Positions 48,199 to 59,236 of a stretch of DNA of 64,000 nucleotides are shown piece by piece. Location: IMG/VR virus record IMGVR_UViG_3300023218_000062. One strand, written 5' to 3'. Both the position numbers and the translations under genes were made by a program. The stretch's first letter is position 1; each line of letters opens with the position of its first letter. The notes beneath the pieces were generated by a model. That model saw only the letters and a program-made list of their open reading frames with translations, did no database searches and was not told the DNA's origin. This DNA comes from a virus. Taxonomy: Duplodnaviria; Caudoviricetes.

Positions 48199-48744
48199 TT
48201 AACTTGACGCGATTATTTTTAACAATTCTGTATAGTCTGGATGTTTACTTTTTTTAACGGCATAATAGTACGGTATATTATAAAATATAATTTCATTTCC
48301 AGAAAACAGAGCGTCCTCTAACTTATGCTCGTTTTGTTTATATGAGTACTCGATCATATCTTTGAATGTAATTTTTGCACTAGTGCCATCCATCGTCGTC
48401 TGTAAATTATCGTATATTTTAGAATATTCTCGATAGTAATCTATATCCGGATTATACAAAAATTTATATCCGGTTATCGGAAATACATAAAAAGCCTCTT
48501 TATCTGGATTTTCTTCAGCATGTGGTCCGTTACAGAAAATCGACCTGCCATGAATTTCTTTATATTCATTTTCAAACGCTTCATCAAAGAGTTGTGAAAA
48601 GTTGTCTTTAGTTTTCTTCTTTCGAACTTTTACCTTTTTTATAAAACGACCGTCAAAGAATAGATTTTTTTGGGCGTAGTTTCCCTTTGATTCCGAAATG
48701 AAATCGTTACATTCGGTTTTTATTTTATATAAAATATTGCTCAT
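48199..48744 (-). CDS. hypothetical phage protein, distant relative of the 5763/6572 family
   Basis: HGRSIFCNG...FYVFP...FLYNP. Confidence 0.65.
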   Translation of the reverse strand: MSNILYKIKTECNDFISESKGNYAQKNLFFDGRFIKKVKVRKKKTKDNFSQLFDEAFENEYKEIHGRSIFCNGPHAEENPDKEAFYVFPITGYKFLYNPDIDYYREYSKIYDNLQTTMDGTSAKITFKDMIEYSYKQNEHKLEDALFSGNEIIFYNIPYYYAVKKSKHPDYTELLKIIASS

Positions 48745-48794
48745 ATATTAACTATAAATAACCTTACTCATCATATTGTGAATATTATACCAGC

Positions 48795-49430
48795 ATGACA
48801 CAGACAATTAAAGACTTTGAACAAGATGTTTCTGGAAAAGATATTTATCTTATTGGTGGTGGAACATCATTTAAACCAGAAAAGTATATCCCCTTGCTCC
48901 CTAAATCACAAGTCATTTGCATAAATTCAGCGCTAGAAGATTTTGATAATTGTCTTGCTGCTACATGGTTTGACGATACATGGATGAAAAGTAACATTAA
49001 ATTATTAAAAGAAAAAAGGCATAAACATGGAATTAAATTTACTAAAGGTGAAAAACGACTAGAAACTAATAAGGGTCGAGATTATTTGTCTATTCACAAT
49101 GCTAGTACCAAGGATTTTAGCGTAAACAAAGAAAAATATGATGTATGTGGAAACAATACAGGATCCTGTACTATTCATCTTCTTGATCAATTAGGTGTAA
49201 ATACAATTTATCTGCTGGGATTTGACTGTCGTGAAGAAAATGGTAGATCTCATTATCACAATAGATATAACAAATATGTCAAACAACAATCATACAATAG
49301 AAGTTTTTTACCTAATTTCGAACAATTATCTAAGCATATAAAAAATTCTACAGTTGTGAATTTATCTGAAAATACAAAAATTAAAAGTTTCAAAAGAGCT
49401 AGAATAGAAAGTATTTTAACATATAAATAG
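48795..49430 (+). CDS. DUF115/MptE-like nucleotide-sugar-related protein
   Basis: IYLIGGGTS, VICINSA, LGVNTIYLLGFDC, SHYH. Confidence 0.7.
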   Translation: MTQTIKDFEQDVSGKDIYLIGGGTSFKPEKYIPLLPKSQVICINSALEDFDNCLAATWFDDTWMKSNIKLLKEKRHKHGIKFTKGEKRLETNKGRDYLSIHNASTKDFSVNKEKYDVCGNNTGSCTIHLLDQLGVNTIYLLGFDCREENGRSHYHNRYNKYVKQQSYNRSFLPNFEQLSKHIKNSTVVNLSENTKIKSFKRARIESILTYK

Positions 49431-49449
49431 TTAAATTAGAGATTTTAAA

Positions 49450-51426
49450 TTGATGGCAACTATAAGATATAAATGCGATGCCTGTTTGCGAGAAGTAGAG
49501 CTTTTAGAGAACAAAACAGGGTTAACTACTCTATCAAATTGTATTATTACAGAGAATTGTAGGGGGTCATTATTCAAAATAAGAAGAAATAATCGTTCTC
49601 GTGTCAGCTTTGGTGAGGAAGATATTGATTTGAATAACAACCTTATGAATCGTAAGGAACGAAAAGTATTTTTTCCCTTTTCCAAAGATATTCCATCAAA
49701 ACGCTGGGTTGTTCGACATAACTTAGGTTCCTTTCCGGCTATTTCTGTCTTTATTGAAACTGATGATGGGATTAATATACGAGAAGCAAATAAGTCAGAA
49801 TATACTAGAAGAGATATCGACAAAAATACTTTAGAAGTTGTATTCAATGCAAACCAGACTGGTAAAGTTCATGCAATATCTAGAAGTATATCTGATCAGG
49901 ATATACCTCAATCTACGCTCGTAGAAAATACAATAAACATATCTCCTAATGGCACTCTTTCTATTGCAGTATTATCCAAAGCATTCGGGGAATCTTCTAT
50001 TGATCCTCAAAACCCTATAGATGTTAGATTTGATGTATCATTAAAAGAACCTAATGAAGAAGAAATTTTCTGCGTAGAAGAATTTAAGAATGGGCTTCGT
50101 TCCCCGTGGAGCGATTATCAGGCTATGTCTTTTAGAAAACGTAGAAATTATATTGTCAAAACAGTAAATTTATTGGATCTTAAAGTCATACAAGAAAGAT
50201 ACAATTCTTTAACTGAAATACCCGAATTGACTGAATTTAAGTTTAACAGTATTAGTTATAATGGATCTGTTTTTAAACCCATCCGATCAAAAAATGCTTT
50301 AATTTTGTTATCTTCTCCACCCTATACTAAATCAGATAAAATTATGGATAAAATTATAGATTTAGGTGAGCGAAATGAAGAAACAAGCGGACGAAAATAT
50401 ATTTTTTCTAATGGAAAGTTATTTGCAGTTGAAGATGATATAGAAAGAGTATATCCCCCTATAGAAAAAGATGATATTCTTTTTAAGGTCGATGATTCTT
50501 TTGGAATTGCACCTACACCTACTCCTACACCATCAGTATCTGAGAGTGCTACACCTACACCTACACCTACTCCTACACCATCAGTATCTGAGAGTGCTAC
50601 ACCTACTCCTACACCATCAGTATCTGAGAGTGCTACACCTACACCTACACCTACTCCTACACCATCAGTATCTGAGAGTGCTACACCTACTCCTACTCCT
50701 ACACCATCAGTATCATCAAATCTTTGGAGTCCAGCAGATACAACAACCTCTCTTTGGTTAGAAGGCTCAAATAGTAGTTCTTTTATATTAGATGGGAGTC
50801 TAATTGATTTATGGAAAGACTTATCCACTAACAATAGAGATGCATCACCTCCTTCTGGTAGACCTGCATATGATGCCCAAAATGGCGCTGTTGTATATGA
50901 TGCAAGTGAGCAATTACTAGCTCCACAATTTAATTTCTCGGAAGGTGTTGTTGCAATAGTAGCAGAACAAACGAACCCGTCGTCGACGCAACAAAATACT
51001 ATAATACGAGATGATAGTTCAGGAAATTGGAGACATCTTTTAAGATGGGTAAATCCTTCATCAGCGAGCGACTTTAATGCATTTATACAAACTGATTTAG
51101 CAGAGGGTATTGCTACCGTGACCTTGCCAAATGATCGAATTTTACTTATTGTTCGATGGATGGCAAGTGATGAATTACATATAGTACGAGAATCAGGCAA
51201 TATTATATATAATGAAACCCTAATTGGAAATAACTTATTACCAGCAAATGATATCAGCATTGGATCACACCCTACTGGTATAAATGGATTAAGAGGTAAT
51301 TTACACGAACTTATATATTTCCCAATGGATTCAGATATAGAAAAAGTCGAAGGTTATCTAGCGCACAAGTGGCAACTCACTAATAGATTGCCCACAAGCC
51401 ATCCGTATAAAAACAGTCCGCCTTGA
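49450..51426 (+). CDS. virion structural protein with a Pro/Thr/Ser linker and a C-terminal LamG-like domain
   Basis: HNLG..P.ISV, (TP)n-SVSESA repeats, LWLE...WKDLS...[13 protein letters not shown]. Confidence 0.7.
   Translation: MMATIRYKCDACLREVELLENKTGLTTLSNCIITENCRGSLFKIRRNNRSRVSFGEEDIDLNNNLMNRKERKVFFPFSKDIPSKRWVVRHNLGSFPAISVFIETDDGINIREANKSEYTRRDIDKNTLEVVFNANQTGKVHAISRSISDQDIPQSTLVENTINISPNGTLSIAVLSKAFGESSIDPQNPIDVRFDVSLKEPNEEEIFCVEEFKNGLRSPWSDYQAMSFRKRRNYIVKTVNLLDLKVIQERYNSLTEIPELTEFKFNSISYNGSVFKPIRSKNALILLSSPPYTKSDKIMDKIIDLGERNEETSGRKYIFSNGKLFAVEDDIERVYPPIEKDDILFKVDDSFGIAPTPTPTPSVSESATPTPTPTPTPSVSESATPTPTPSVSESATPTPTPTPTPSVSESATPTPTPTPSVSSNLWSPADTTTSLWLEGSNSSSFILDGSLIDLWKDLSTNNRDASPPSGRPAYDAQNGAVVYDASEQLLAPQFNFSEGVVAIVAEQTNPSSTQQNTIIRDDSSGNWRHLLRWVNPSSASDFNAFIQTDLAEGIATVTLPNDRILLIVRWMASDELHIVRESGNIIYNETLIGNNLLPANDISIGSHPTGINGLRGNLHELIYFPMDSDIEKVEGYLAHKWQLTNRLPTSHPYKNSPP
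50511..50713 (+). repeat. coding tandem repeat ([12 protein letters not shown])n
   Basis: unit acacctactcctacaccatcagtatctgagagtgct with variable acacct copy number. Confidence 0.95.
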
Positions 51427-51447
51427 CTTTAATTATCAAAAAGTAAA

Positions 51448-51477
51448 AATCCTTCCTTCAAGGAGAAGAGTTGTCAA
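51448..51477 (+). mobile_element. IS200/IS605 right-end-like relic
   Basis: AATCCTTCCTTCAAGGAGAAGAGTTGTCAA. Confidence 0.4.
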
Positions 51478-51488
51478 AAGTGTAGAAC

Positions 51489-52451
51489 TTAAACACTAAA
51501 AGGATATTTTATGGCTGGATCAGGAGTATAATTTTCCAACTTAAAATCATTTATGGTAATATTGTTTTCCACCTCTTCAAGTGAATTAACGTTTGGGACC
51601 TTTAATATAGGAGAGTTTTTTGGGGCTCTATTCATTTGTTCTTCGAAAAGATTTACTTGATTTTCATATATATGAATATCCGACATAAAATGTGTAAACG
51701 TACCTGCCTTCAGACCTGTAATAGATGCAACGATTTTTAACAGTAAGCAATAACTAACAATATTGAACGGTATTCCAATAGGAAAATCACATGACCTTTG
51801 GGTCATTGTTATGTTCAAATAGTCGCCTAATATACTAAACATATAAATCATGTGACAGGGAGGTAGGGCCATTTTATCAAGTTCCCCGGGATTCCAATGA
51901 TTAACAATTAATCTTCTATTATCATTTCTTTTTTTTAATTCTTCAATACAATTTTTAAGTTGGTCAATAGATTTTTCATTTGAGCTTTGCCATTTTCTCG
52001 CTTGAACTCCATAAATTCTGCCTAAATCATCTTTCCCCCTTCTATTAGGATTATTTAACCAGTAATCATTTTCATTAGCATTAGAATCCCAAATTTTGCA
52101 TCCTTCTTTGCGAAAATCTGCTGCATTGTCATAGCCTTTTATGAACCCTAAAAGCTCTGCTATTGCCGGTGTAATATTCATTTTTTTAGTAGTTAATAGA
52201 GGAAACTGGTCGGTGTTACTAAGATTAAATTGCATCATATCCCCGATAATGGTAAGACATTTACTATTTGTTCTATTATTAAATTTCCATTGGCCTTCGT
52301 TTAGTATTTTTTTTCCAACCCGTAGATATTCTTTGTCATATTTTTTCATGCATTTTTCTATATCTGCTTTATAGCCGGTACTGCAATCATAGCATTCTCT
52401 TCCTACTAAGTAATAATCCATCTGTGTAAGACATTTACTTTCTTCTTTCAT
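51489..52451 (-). CDS. thyA: thymidylate synthase
   Basis: FPLLTTKK, AELLGFIKG, DLGRIYG.Q.R, ALPPCH, QRSCD, GIPFNI, HIYENQ; likely start MKEESK at 52451. Confidence 0.95.
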   Translation of the reverse strand: MKEESKCLTQMDYYLVGRECYDCSTGYKADIEKCMKKYDKEYLRVGKKILNEGQWKFNNRTNSKCLTIIGDMMQFNLSNTDQFPLLTTKKMNITPAIAELLGFIKGYDNAADFRKEGCKIWDSNANENDYWLNNPNRRGKDDLGRIYGVQARKWQSSNEKSIDQLKNCIEELKKRNDNRRLIVNHWNPGELDKMALPPCHMIYMFSILGDYLNITMTQRSCDFPIGIPFNIVSYCLLLKIVASITGLKAGTFTHFMSDIHIYENQVNLFEEQMNRAPKNSPILKVPNVNSLEEVENNITINDFKLENYTPDPAIKYPFSV

Positions 52452-52559
52452 AATAAATTTCCTTTTATTTTTAAAATATATATTGATATTATATATGGAT
52501 TTAAAGAACAGCACAAGAGCAATAATATAAATATCATACATATAAAATAACATATCCCC

Positions 52560-54977
52560 ATGAAAGAAGGTTTGAACATAGATTTTAATACTAGAGTTTT
52601 AATAACAGAACACAACATTGACGAAATACATAGTGAAGGAGATGTTCTGCTAGATAAATCAAATGCCATTCATTCACAAAATATGGCTCGGGCTATTTCA
52701 AGAGCATTGTCTAGAGAACCTAATTCTTTTATTCATAGAATAGCTTTCGGAAACGGTGGTAGTTTCACTGATGCAGGAGAAACTACTATAATAAATCTAC
52801 CTAATGATGGTACTAGGGGAGATGGATGGGAATCTAGGCTATACAATGAAACATATTCAGAAATAATAGATGAAAATAATATTTTGGTGGGTACAGATCC
52901 GGGGTCATCTGGACCAAATTCTACTAGAATCGGTGGTGGATCAGTACCCAGTGAAGACCCTGAAGGGACCGGGGTTATATCTCTCGAAGTAGGTAGGAAA
53001 TCTAATATAATCGCTACTATGTTTTTAAATAAAAGTGAGCCTATTAGTCAATTGAGCCAAGGAACGATTGACACGGAGATAATTGCGGAAGAAAAATCTT
53101 TTGAATTTGATGAATTAGGTTTTTATACGACAGGCCAGCCTGCATCGCCTGCTCCAGCATCTTCTGTTATTGATGTTGGGAATAAAACATCGGAAGACCC
53201 TATCCCAACATCCATGTTGGGGAGCCAACTAAGTTTAAGTTATGAGATAAATGGTAATGAAAAGCAAACTGTATTTATAATCCCAAACATAGGTTCCGGG
53301 CCGCAGGGAGAAGTAACTTTCGGAGATTTGGCAGAAGGTATCAACACTGGTTCATGGTTTTCTAATAGTCCCGGCGATGATAGTACCACATTGATTAAAG
53401 TAACAATAACAGATCGTACTCCGGGTGCAGTATATCCAACTATTGCCGGTTCAGAAACGTTTGGGTTTTTGGTTTTTGAAAGTCTAACTGCCGGTGCAGG
53501 TAATACATTAAAACTTAATTGTAATTCAATTGGATCAGATATTTTATTTAATCTTACTGGAAATTGTGCGAAAATTGATGCCTCTATAAATACAGGGGTG
53601 GACGCTGGGGTTGCCAATGATGCGGAAAATCCTCAAAATGAAAGAGAGCGATTACTGACTCATCTTACATTTTCGCCCATTTTGAAAAAAGAAAATAGGG
53701 TATTAAAAATAGTATATACTCTCACCGTTTCAGTTTCACAAACCGGTGATTGTGTTCCAAACATAGAAAATAATATTCCCCCTATATCTCCAACCCCTAC
53801 ACCATCGGTATCTGATAGTGCTACACCTACCCCTACACCATCGGTATCTGAGAGTGCTACACCTACTCCTACACCATCAGTATCTGAGAGTGCTACACCT
53901 ACACCTACACCATCAGTATCTGAGAGTGCTACACCTACACCTACTCCTACACCATCAATGGGAGTAATATCTGAGAGTGCTACACCGACTCCTACACCAT
54001 CAATGGTGGGAGTAATATCTGAGAGTGCTACACCGACTCCTACACCATCAGTATCTGAGAGTGCTACACCTACACCTACACCTACACCTACTCCTACACC
54101 ATCAGTATCTGAGAGTGCTACACCTACACCTACTCCTACACCTAGCCCTAGTGCTGCAGTTCCAATGATATTAACTATGGACACCACCCTAAATCCAACT
54201 GGCACCGATGTAACATTGCCAATGAAAGGGCCGGGGGATGTTAGTGTTGACTGGGGTGATGGTACTGTAGATAGTTTCCAAAATAATACTGTAGACAGCC
54301 TGTTACAGTCCAGTCCACATAGTTATCCAGTTGATGGCGTATATACTATTACAATTACTGGAACATTAACCAAATTTGGTGATTTCGCTATAGATATGAA
54401 TGGAATTACCGGTGTTAATTCTTTCGGAGAATTAGGGATTACTAGCTTAAATGGGGCTCTATATAATTCAATAGAATTAACTACTTTACCAGATAACATT
54501 CCATCCTCTGTTACCGACATGTCATTCATGTTTTTGGTTGATCCAGATAAGCCCAAGAGTTTTAATATTAATATAAATTCATGGGATGTTAGTAATATTG
54601 TCAATATGGCTGGTTTATTCATGGGATGTATTTCGTTTAATCAACCATTAAATAATTGGGTCACCTCAAATGTTACTGATATGTCATTTATGTTTAATGG
54701 CGCAAGTTCCTTTAATGGTGATATTACAACATGGGATACATCATCTGCGAATAACATGACTACTATGTTCCAAAATGCTGAAGTCTTTAATCAAGATATT
54801 TCAAATTGGAATGTTTCTAATGTTACTAACATGGATTTTATGTTCTGGACTGCTTCAGCATTTAATCAAAATTTAAGCGGATGGTGTGTTACTAATATAA
54901 CATCGGAGCCAACTGGATTTAGTGATAATTCCCCCTTATCAACAGGAAATAAACCTGTTTGGGGAACGTGTCCTTAA
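52560..54977 (+). CDS. virion (baseplate/fibre) protein with PT repeats, PKD-like and DUF285 domains
   Basis: HSQNMARAISRAL, IAFGNGG, FDELGF, THLTFSPILK, PT repeats, VDWGDG, WDVSNIVNM repeats. Confidence 0.75.
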   Translation: MKEGLNIDFNTRVLITEHNIDEIHSEGDVLLDKSNAIHSQNMARAISRALSREPNSFIHRIAFGNGGSFTDAGETTIINLPNDGTRGDGWESRLYNETYSEIIDENNILVGTDPGSSGPNSTRIGGGSVPSEDPEGTGVISLEVGRKSNIIATMFLNKSEPISQLSQGTIDTEIIAEEKSFEFDELGFYTTGQPASPAPASSVIDVGNKTSEDPIPTSMLGSQLSLSYEINGNEKQTVFIIPNIGSGPQGEVTFGDLAEGINTGSWFSNSPGDDSTTLIKVTITDRTPGAVYPTIAGSETFGFLVFESLTAGAGNTLKLNCNSIGSDILFNLTGNCAKIDASINTGVDAGVANDAENPQNERERLLTHLTFSPILKKENRVLKIVYTLTVSVSQTGDCVPNIENNIPPISPTPTPSVSDSATPTPTPSVSESATPTPTPSVSESATPTPTPSVSESATPTPTPTPSMGVISESATPTPTPSMVGVISESATPTPTPSVSESATPTPTPTPTPTPSVSESATPTPTPTPSPSAAVPMILTMDTTLNPTGTDVTLPMKGPGDVSVDWGDGTVDSFQNNTVDSLLQSSPHSYPVDGVYTITITGTLTKFGDFAIDMNGITGVNSFGELGITSLNGALYNSIELTTLPDNIPSSVTDMSFMFLVDPDKPKSFNININSWDVSNIVNMAGLFMGCISFNQPLNNWVTSNVTDMSFMFNGASSFNGDITTWDTSSANNMTTMFQNAEVFNQDISNWNVSNVTNMDFMFWTASAFNQNLSGWCVTNITSEPTGFSDNSPLSTGNKPVWGTCP
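53791..54150 (+). repeat. coding tandem repeat ([10 protein letters not shown])n
   Basis: same nucleotide unit as 50511..50713, plus two SMGVISESA variants. Confidence 0.95.
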
Positions 54978-56602
54978 TCGTTATATTTATTTTCTACTCG
55001 TTCATCTTTGCCATAATGTGATATTCTATGGTGGGTGATAGGTGACGCTAATATACATCCAACAGTAAGCTTATTTTCTCTTATTGCAATTTGTGCTTCG
55101 GCCATTAAAGCGCTTTCTGACATTTTTTTATGTGTGTAACAATATTTAATGAATTTATCATTTCCATTTTTACTAAAAAGTATAGGCCAATTACAGTAAT
55201 AATATTCTCCTATATTATATGCTAATCCCCGATAACAATTACTGTAATATAGTTTGGTTCTCATTTCTGGAATATTTTTAAGATATAGAAATTTTTCTTT
55301 TCTGGCGGGGTCTAAATTGTACCATGCCCAATTAGTATGATTGTCACCAAAAAATTCTGAAAAGGTTAATTTTAAGTAATCTAATTCATTTTCTTCTAAT
55401 ATAGAAATTGCTTTGTTAAATAACTGTTTATCATATTTTTTAAAACCTGCATTGCATGTTTCTCCTTCTTTTTCCCTTCCATTAACTAACATATCATCTT
55501 CAAAAAAAATCATATACGAATGTATAGATTTTGCAAAATGTTCGGCTGCATATTGTCTCCCCCCAGTAATTCCTATGTTATTAAATTTATACTCTGTTAA
55601 ATCATATTCTCTTATTATTTTATCATATTCTTTATTAAGTTCTTTATTAGTTGAATTATTTAATAGGTATTTCGGAGATTTTTTGAAAATTTCGGGGAAA
55701 TTTGTTTTAAAAGCAGATAAGCATTTTAATAACTGTTTTGGTGCATTAAAAGTCAAAAAGTATAATGCTAGTTTATTATCATTTTCTTGTTTTCTATTTT
55801 TTACTCTTTCAAAATATGAATTAATTAGTCCATTAGATTCTATCATTTGAACATTAAACAAGTGCTTATGAGTATAACTTATAATAGTGAACACAGACTC
55901 CTCAGTTCCCATGTAGCCCTGTTTTAAACTATCTTCAAGGGTTCGGTAGTATACATCATTAACCTTGTTTACAGCTTCTTTGGTGCCTCCAAAGAATCCT
56001 CCACGACATACATATTTGGTATCTTCACCAGCAAGTTTATTCATTCCTTCTTTTTTAAATCCATGGACTTCATTTTGCCCATTATATGGGAATGCTAGAT
56101 ATAACATTTTGTTCTTTTTAACGTCTTCTATGAGTTTTTTGTCAAATTGATCAACACTAAAATATGATTGTATATTGACGGTATTACTTATTCCTGCATC
56201 TATCCAAAAGAAGTATCTAGAATTAAAAAAGTTGTTTAATACACTATCATTAAGCTTAAATTGCTTTGACATTACTAGTGGGTTATAATATTCTAGTTTT
56301 GCTTGGGGGCTTTGTTCTAGCCACCCTGCCTGTGAATACCAGTTTTTATCATTTCGTATTTTATCTACCTGTTCTTTAAACGGAAAGTGTATATTTCTTA
56401 CAATAACTTTAGTGTTATCTGGCTTTCGATGTTTCCATATAAAATCTGAAACCTCTTTATCACAATAAACCACTAAATTAATATCCTGATCCAGCAATTT
56501 TTTAAACGCTTCGAGGTACTGATTCATAGACCGTTTAAAATTATCTTTTAGATTATCTCGGTTCAAATTATATAATGCAGTAACAAAGGTTATATCATTC
56601 AT
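54974..56602 (-). CDS. HtrL/WlaTC-like glycosyltransferase fused to a GT-A domain
   Basis: TFVTALY, SKQF.L, FWIDAG, GGFFGG, GTEE; second domain NIGITGGRQ, FFEDD. Confidence 0.75.
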   Translation of the reverse strand: MNDITFVTALYNLNRDNLKDNFKRSMNQYLEAFKKLLDQDINLVVYCDKEVSDFIWKHRKPDNTKVIVRNIHFPFKEQVDKIRNDKNWYSQAGWLEQSPQAKLEYYNPLVMSKQFKLNDSVLNNFFNSRYFFWIDAGISNTVNIQSYFSVDQFDKKLIEDVKKNKMLYLAFPYNGQNEVHGFKKEGMNKLAGEDTKYVCRGGFFGGTKEAVNKVNDVYYRTLEDSLKQGYMGTEESVFTIISYTHKHLFNVQMIESNGLINSYFERVKNRKQENDNKLALYFLTFNAPKQLLKCLSAFKTNFPEIFKKSPKYLLNNSTNKELNKEYDKIIREYDLTEYKFNNIGITGGRQYAAEHFAKSIHSYMIFFEDDMLVNGREKEGETCNAGFKKYDKQLFNKAISILEENELDYLKLTFSEFFGDNHTNWAWYNLDPARKEKFLYLKNIPEMRTKLYYSNCYRGLAYNIGEYYYCNWPILFSKNGNDKFIKYCYTHKKMSESALMAEAQIAIRENKLTVGCILASPITHHRISHYGKDERVENKYND

Positions 56603-57393
56603 ATATCAAGTTCCTTGATGATTTTGTTGTACGGTAAATTATAATAATTGTAATAAACACCTATGGCCTCGCCGTTCACAATGTTTTTAGGGTTATTATA
56701 TCCGGCTTTAGCTAATGAAATTCCCAGTTCGTAGCTTTCTCCCCACGGTACACAATCACTTTTTTGTAATATATAATTCAATCTTCTTAGTTCACTTGCA
56801 AACAACTCTATTTTATTATTTTCGTTTTTTAATATAAAAAAATGTTCACTGGGTAACCCTACATTATAGGAATCTGGAGGATTTTCTTTTTTTTCATACA
56901 CTCGTTTTTTATGATTATATATTGAATTTTCTCTATCCCATTCTTGACCTAATGTATCTCCCATTCTTGCACCAACCATATCGTATTCGCCTTTTATAAG
57001 TGTTTCATATATGAAATTTTCGTTTTCGTCTGTTAATTCTAATGCAGAATCGCAATCTATAAAAAAGACGATATCATACTGTTCTATGTTGGGGATATTT
57101 TCAAAACATAGAATTTTTAAAGTGCAATTGAATTTTTTAGGACCATTAATTGCTCTTAAACGTTCTTCATGTTCTGGGATATCAGTAAAAATCTTTAAAT
57201 CTTCTGTGATATTATTACGCGATTTTACTCTGTTTGATTTAATAATATCACCGGGTTTGTTGGTTGATACTAATATATCATGCTTGGTTTTCTGCAATAA
57301 AGATTCTATTAATTGGTTACAATAACTAATATATCTGCCATCAGATTGGTCCACACATAATAGAGTGAACAGTAGTTTACCGTTGGTGTTCAC
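56599..57393 (-). CDS. putative GT-A glycosyltransferase
   Basis: FNCTLK, VFFIDCD, WGES. Confidence 0.6.
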   Translation of the reverse strand: MNTNGKLLFTLLCVDQSDGRYISYCNQLIESLLQKTKHDILVSTNKPGDIIKSNRVKSRNNITEDLKIFTDIPEHEERLRAINGPKKFNCTLKILCFENIPNIEQYDIVFFIDCDSALELTDENENFIYETLIKGEYDMVGARMGDTLGQEWDRENSIYNHKKRVYEKKENPPDSYNVGLPSEHFFILKNENNKIELFASELRRLNYILQKSDCVPWGESYELGISLAKAGYNNPKNIVNGEAIGVYYNYYNLPYNKIIKELDI

Positions 57394-57414
57394 ATTATAA
57401 TCCTGTAAATCAAT

Positions 57415-58062
57415 TTAAAAATCATAATCGAATATATCAATTTCTTTCTGGCAATTTTCTTTAATCATATTATATGTCTCTTCTTCATAATGTTCTCTAT
57501 AGTCTTTTTTGTGTGATAAATCTACTATAGTTTTAATTTCAGTTCGTGTGTGTATTTTTTTGTGTGTCCCGTCTATTCCAAATGTTTTAAGAAAATCTTT
57601 CATTTTATTATAATTATTATAGTTAATATAGTAGTTTATAAGATCTTCTTGTGGATCAAAAATTTTCAATTTTTTATTTTGCGCTCTATACGGTATATAG
57701 GATTTTAATAAAAATCTTTTTAGGCTTACATCTTTTTTTAGCAATTCTTCGCGCGATAATTTTTTAAAGTTTTTAAAATAAAAAAAATTTTCTTTAAAAA
57801 ATCTTTTTTCATCTAATGCATGATAATAATAAGAAATCGCATGTTCCCATGGATTTCTTATTATACAACTTACTAACCAATTATTTATTGAAGGTGCTAT
57901 TAGCTTTTTGTAAATTATTGGGTTGTTTTTTTTCAGAAACTCTATACCAGTATGCATCGGAAAAGTATGATAGTTCATCGTTCCACAATTTACATGGATG
58001 CTACCAGACGCGGTTTTAGGCATTTCAAAATGTAAATGTTTTCGTTGTTCGTTAATAACCAT
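57415..58062 (-). CDS. sulfotransferase family 2 protein
   Basis: HFEMPKTASGS (5'-PSB), IIRNPWEHAISYY (3'-PB). Confidence 0.85.
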   Translation of the reverse strand: MVINEQRKHLHFEMPKTASGSIHVNCGTMNYHTFPMHTGIEFLKKNNPIIYKKLIAPSINNWLVSCIIRNPWEHAISYYYHALDEKRFFKENFFYFKNFKKLSREELLKKDVSLKRFLLKSYIPYRAQNKKLKIFDPQEDLINYYINYNNYNKMKDFLKTFGIDGTHKKIHTRTEIKTIVDLSHKKDYREHYEEETYNMIKENCQKEIDIFDYDF

Positions 58063-58873
58063 CTATTATATCTTTCAATGCATCTTTTAACGATACTTTT
58101 TGTTTATCATTCTTCTTATGTATTCCCATATAATCAAAATAACATTTTTTTATTTTATAATTTTTTAATATATGAGTGAATATAGATTCTTCAGTTACTA
58201 ATACATTGTTATCTAATAAGAAATCTAATTCATTATAAAAATGGTTATGGATATTCATGTTGTCTACTTTGAACAATCCCCCTATGGCTGAAGGTTCTTC
58301 AATATAACTAAATTTTGTATCATATATTTTATAATTTTTATTATTTGGACGATTGTGATAGAAAAAAATTGATGAATATTTCGTGTCTAATTTAAGTAAT
58401 TTTTCACCATTGAGAATATCTAAATCTATAAAGTTATTTCTTTCTTTAGTATTTTTAACATTATTCAGGGGAAATACGTCCCCATGTAGCAAACCCGAAT
58501 CGATCCAAAAAGTACATCCATACTCCCTCATCCATATCAACTTTTGATAAATAAGTTCAAAACACCGATTAGATAATCTTACAGGGTTATAGTTTTGTAT
58601 TAATTCTATATTATTTCTAAGATGTTGTATTTTTCTGTGATAATCACTTTTACACAAATCTCTAAATACAAATTCTATATTAAAATTTTTTAAAAGATAT
58701 TCGTGCCCCGACCGTATTAATTCATATGTATGGTGATCTGTGAAACAGTATATGTTTATGTCTGGGCAATACTTGGCGATAATGTTCAACGAACCACAAT
58801 ATCGCGGCAGCCTCCCCAATCTCCCACCTAATTTACTTTTATCGGTGTCATATATACAAGTTGCTATTTTCAT
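58052..58873 (-). CDS. HtrL-like putative glycosyltransferase
   Basis: KLIWM, FWIDSGL.HG, IGGLF, TEE.I (parallels 54974..56602). Confidence 0.6.
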   Translation of the reverse strand: MKIATCIYDTDKSKLGGRLGRLPRYCGSLNIIAKYCPDINIYCFTDHHTYELIRSGHEYLLKNFNIEFVFRDLCKSDYHRKIQHLRNNIELIQNYNPVRLSNRCFELIYQKLIWMREYGCTFWIDSGLLHGDVFPLNNVKNTKERNNFIDLDILNGEKLLKLDTKYSSIFFYHNRPNNKNYKIYDTKFSYIEEPSAIGGLFKVDNMNIHNHFYNELDFLLDNNVLVTEESIFTHILKNYKIKKCYFDYMGIHKKNDKQKVSLKDALKDIIDGY

Positions 58874-58948
58874 TTCTTATACTCATATATTTTTTACTAG
58901 TCTACGTCCTTTCATTAGGAAATTTTATTTTTATGGGAGTGATATCGT

Positions 58949-59230
58949 TTAATAAGTAATACTTATTAGCAGTACATTATTTCTTTTTAATGTCTTTCTT
59001 ATTTTGTCTAAACAATTTTGCCTTTGTTTATCTGAAAGACTTTTTATTTGTTCTGATTTGGGTTTTAATGTTTTGGTTTTTCGTATGTTTATCAGGTTTC
59101 TGGTTTCAACGCTATTTCCGATTTTTATCAACAAGTCTTGGTGAACACTATTATATTCAGTTGACAAAAGCTTCCCGCCTTTTGATTTTATTATTTTATC
59201 TACTTCATCAATCGTCAACTTTTGGGGCAT
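58949..59230 (-). CDS. basic hypothetical protein (endonuclease N-terminus-like)
   Basis: KLTIDEV..II.SKGGKLLSTEY. Confidence 0.45.
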   Translation of the reverse strand: MPQKLTIDEVDKIIKSKGGKLLSTEYNSVHQDLLIKIGNSVETRNLINIRKTKTLKPKSEQIKSLSDKQRQNCLDKIRKTLKRNNVLLISITY

Positions 59231-59236
59231 AATTAA

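Noticed and set aside
50511-54150. CRISPR array
   Set aside because: The repeats are contiguous in-frame coding units with no unique spacers and no cas genes nearby
50322-54205. Antisense ORFs with GVGVGV repeats (50322..51260, 53660..54205)
   Set aside because: Shadow frames of the Pro/Thr repeat genes
42100-54977. Diversity-generating retroelement acting on DUF285/fibre genes
   Set aside because: No reverse transcriptase and no template/variable repeat pair differing at adenines was seen
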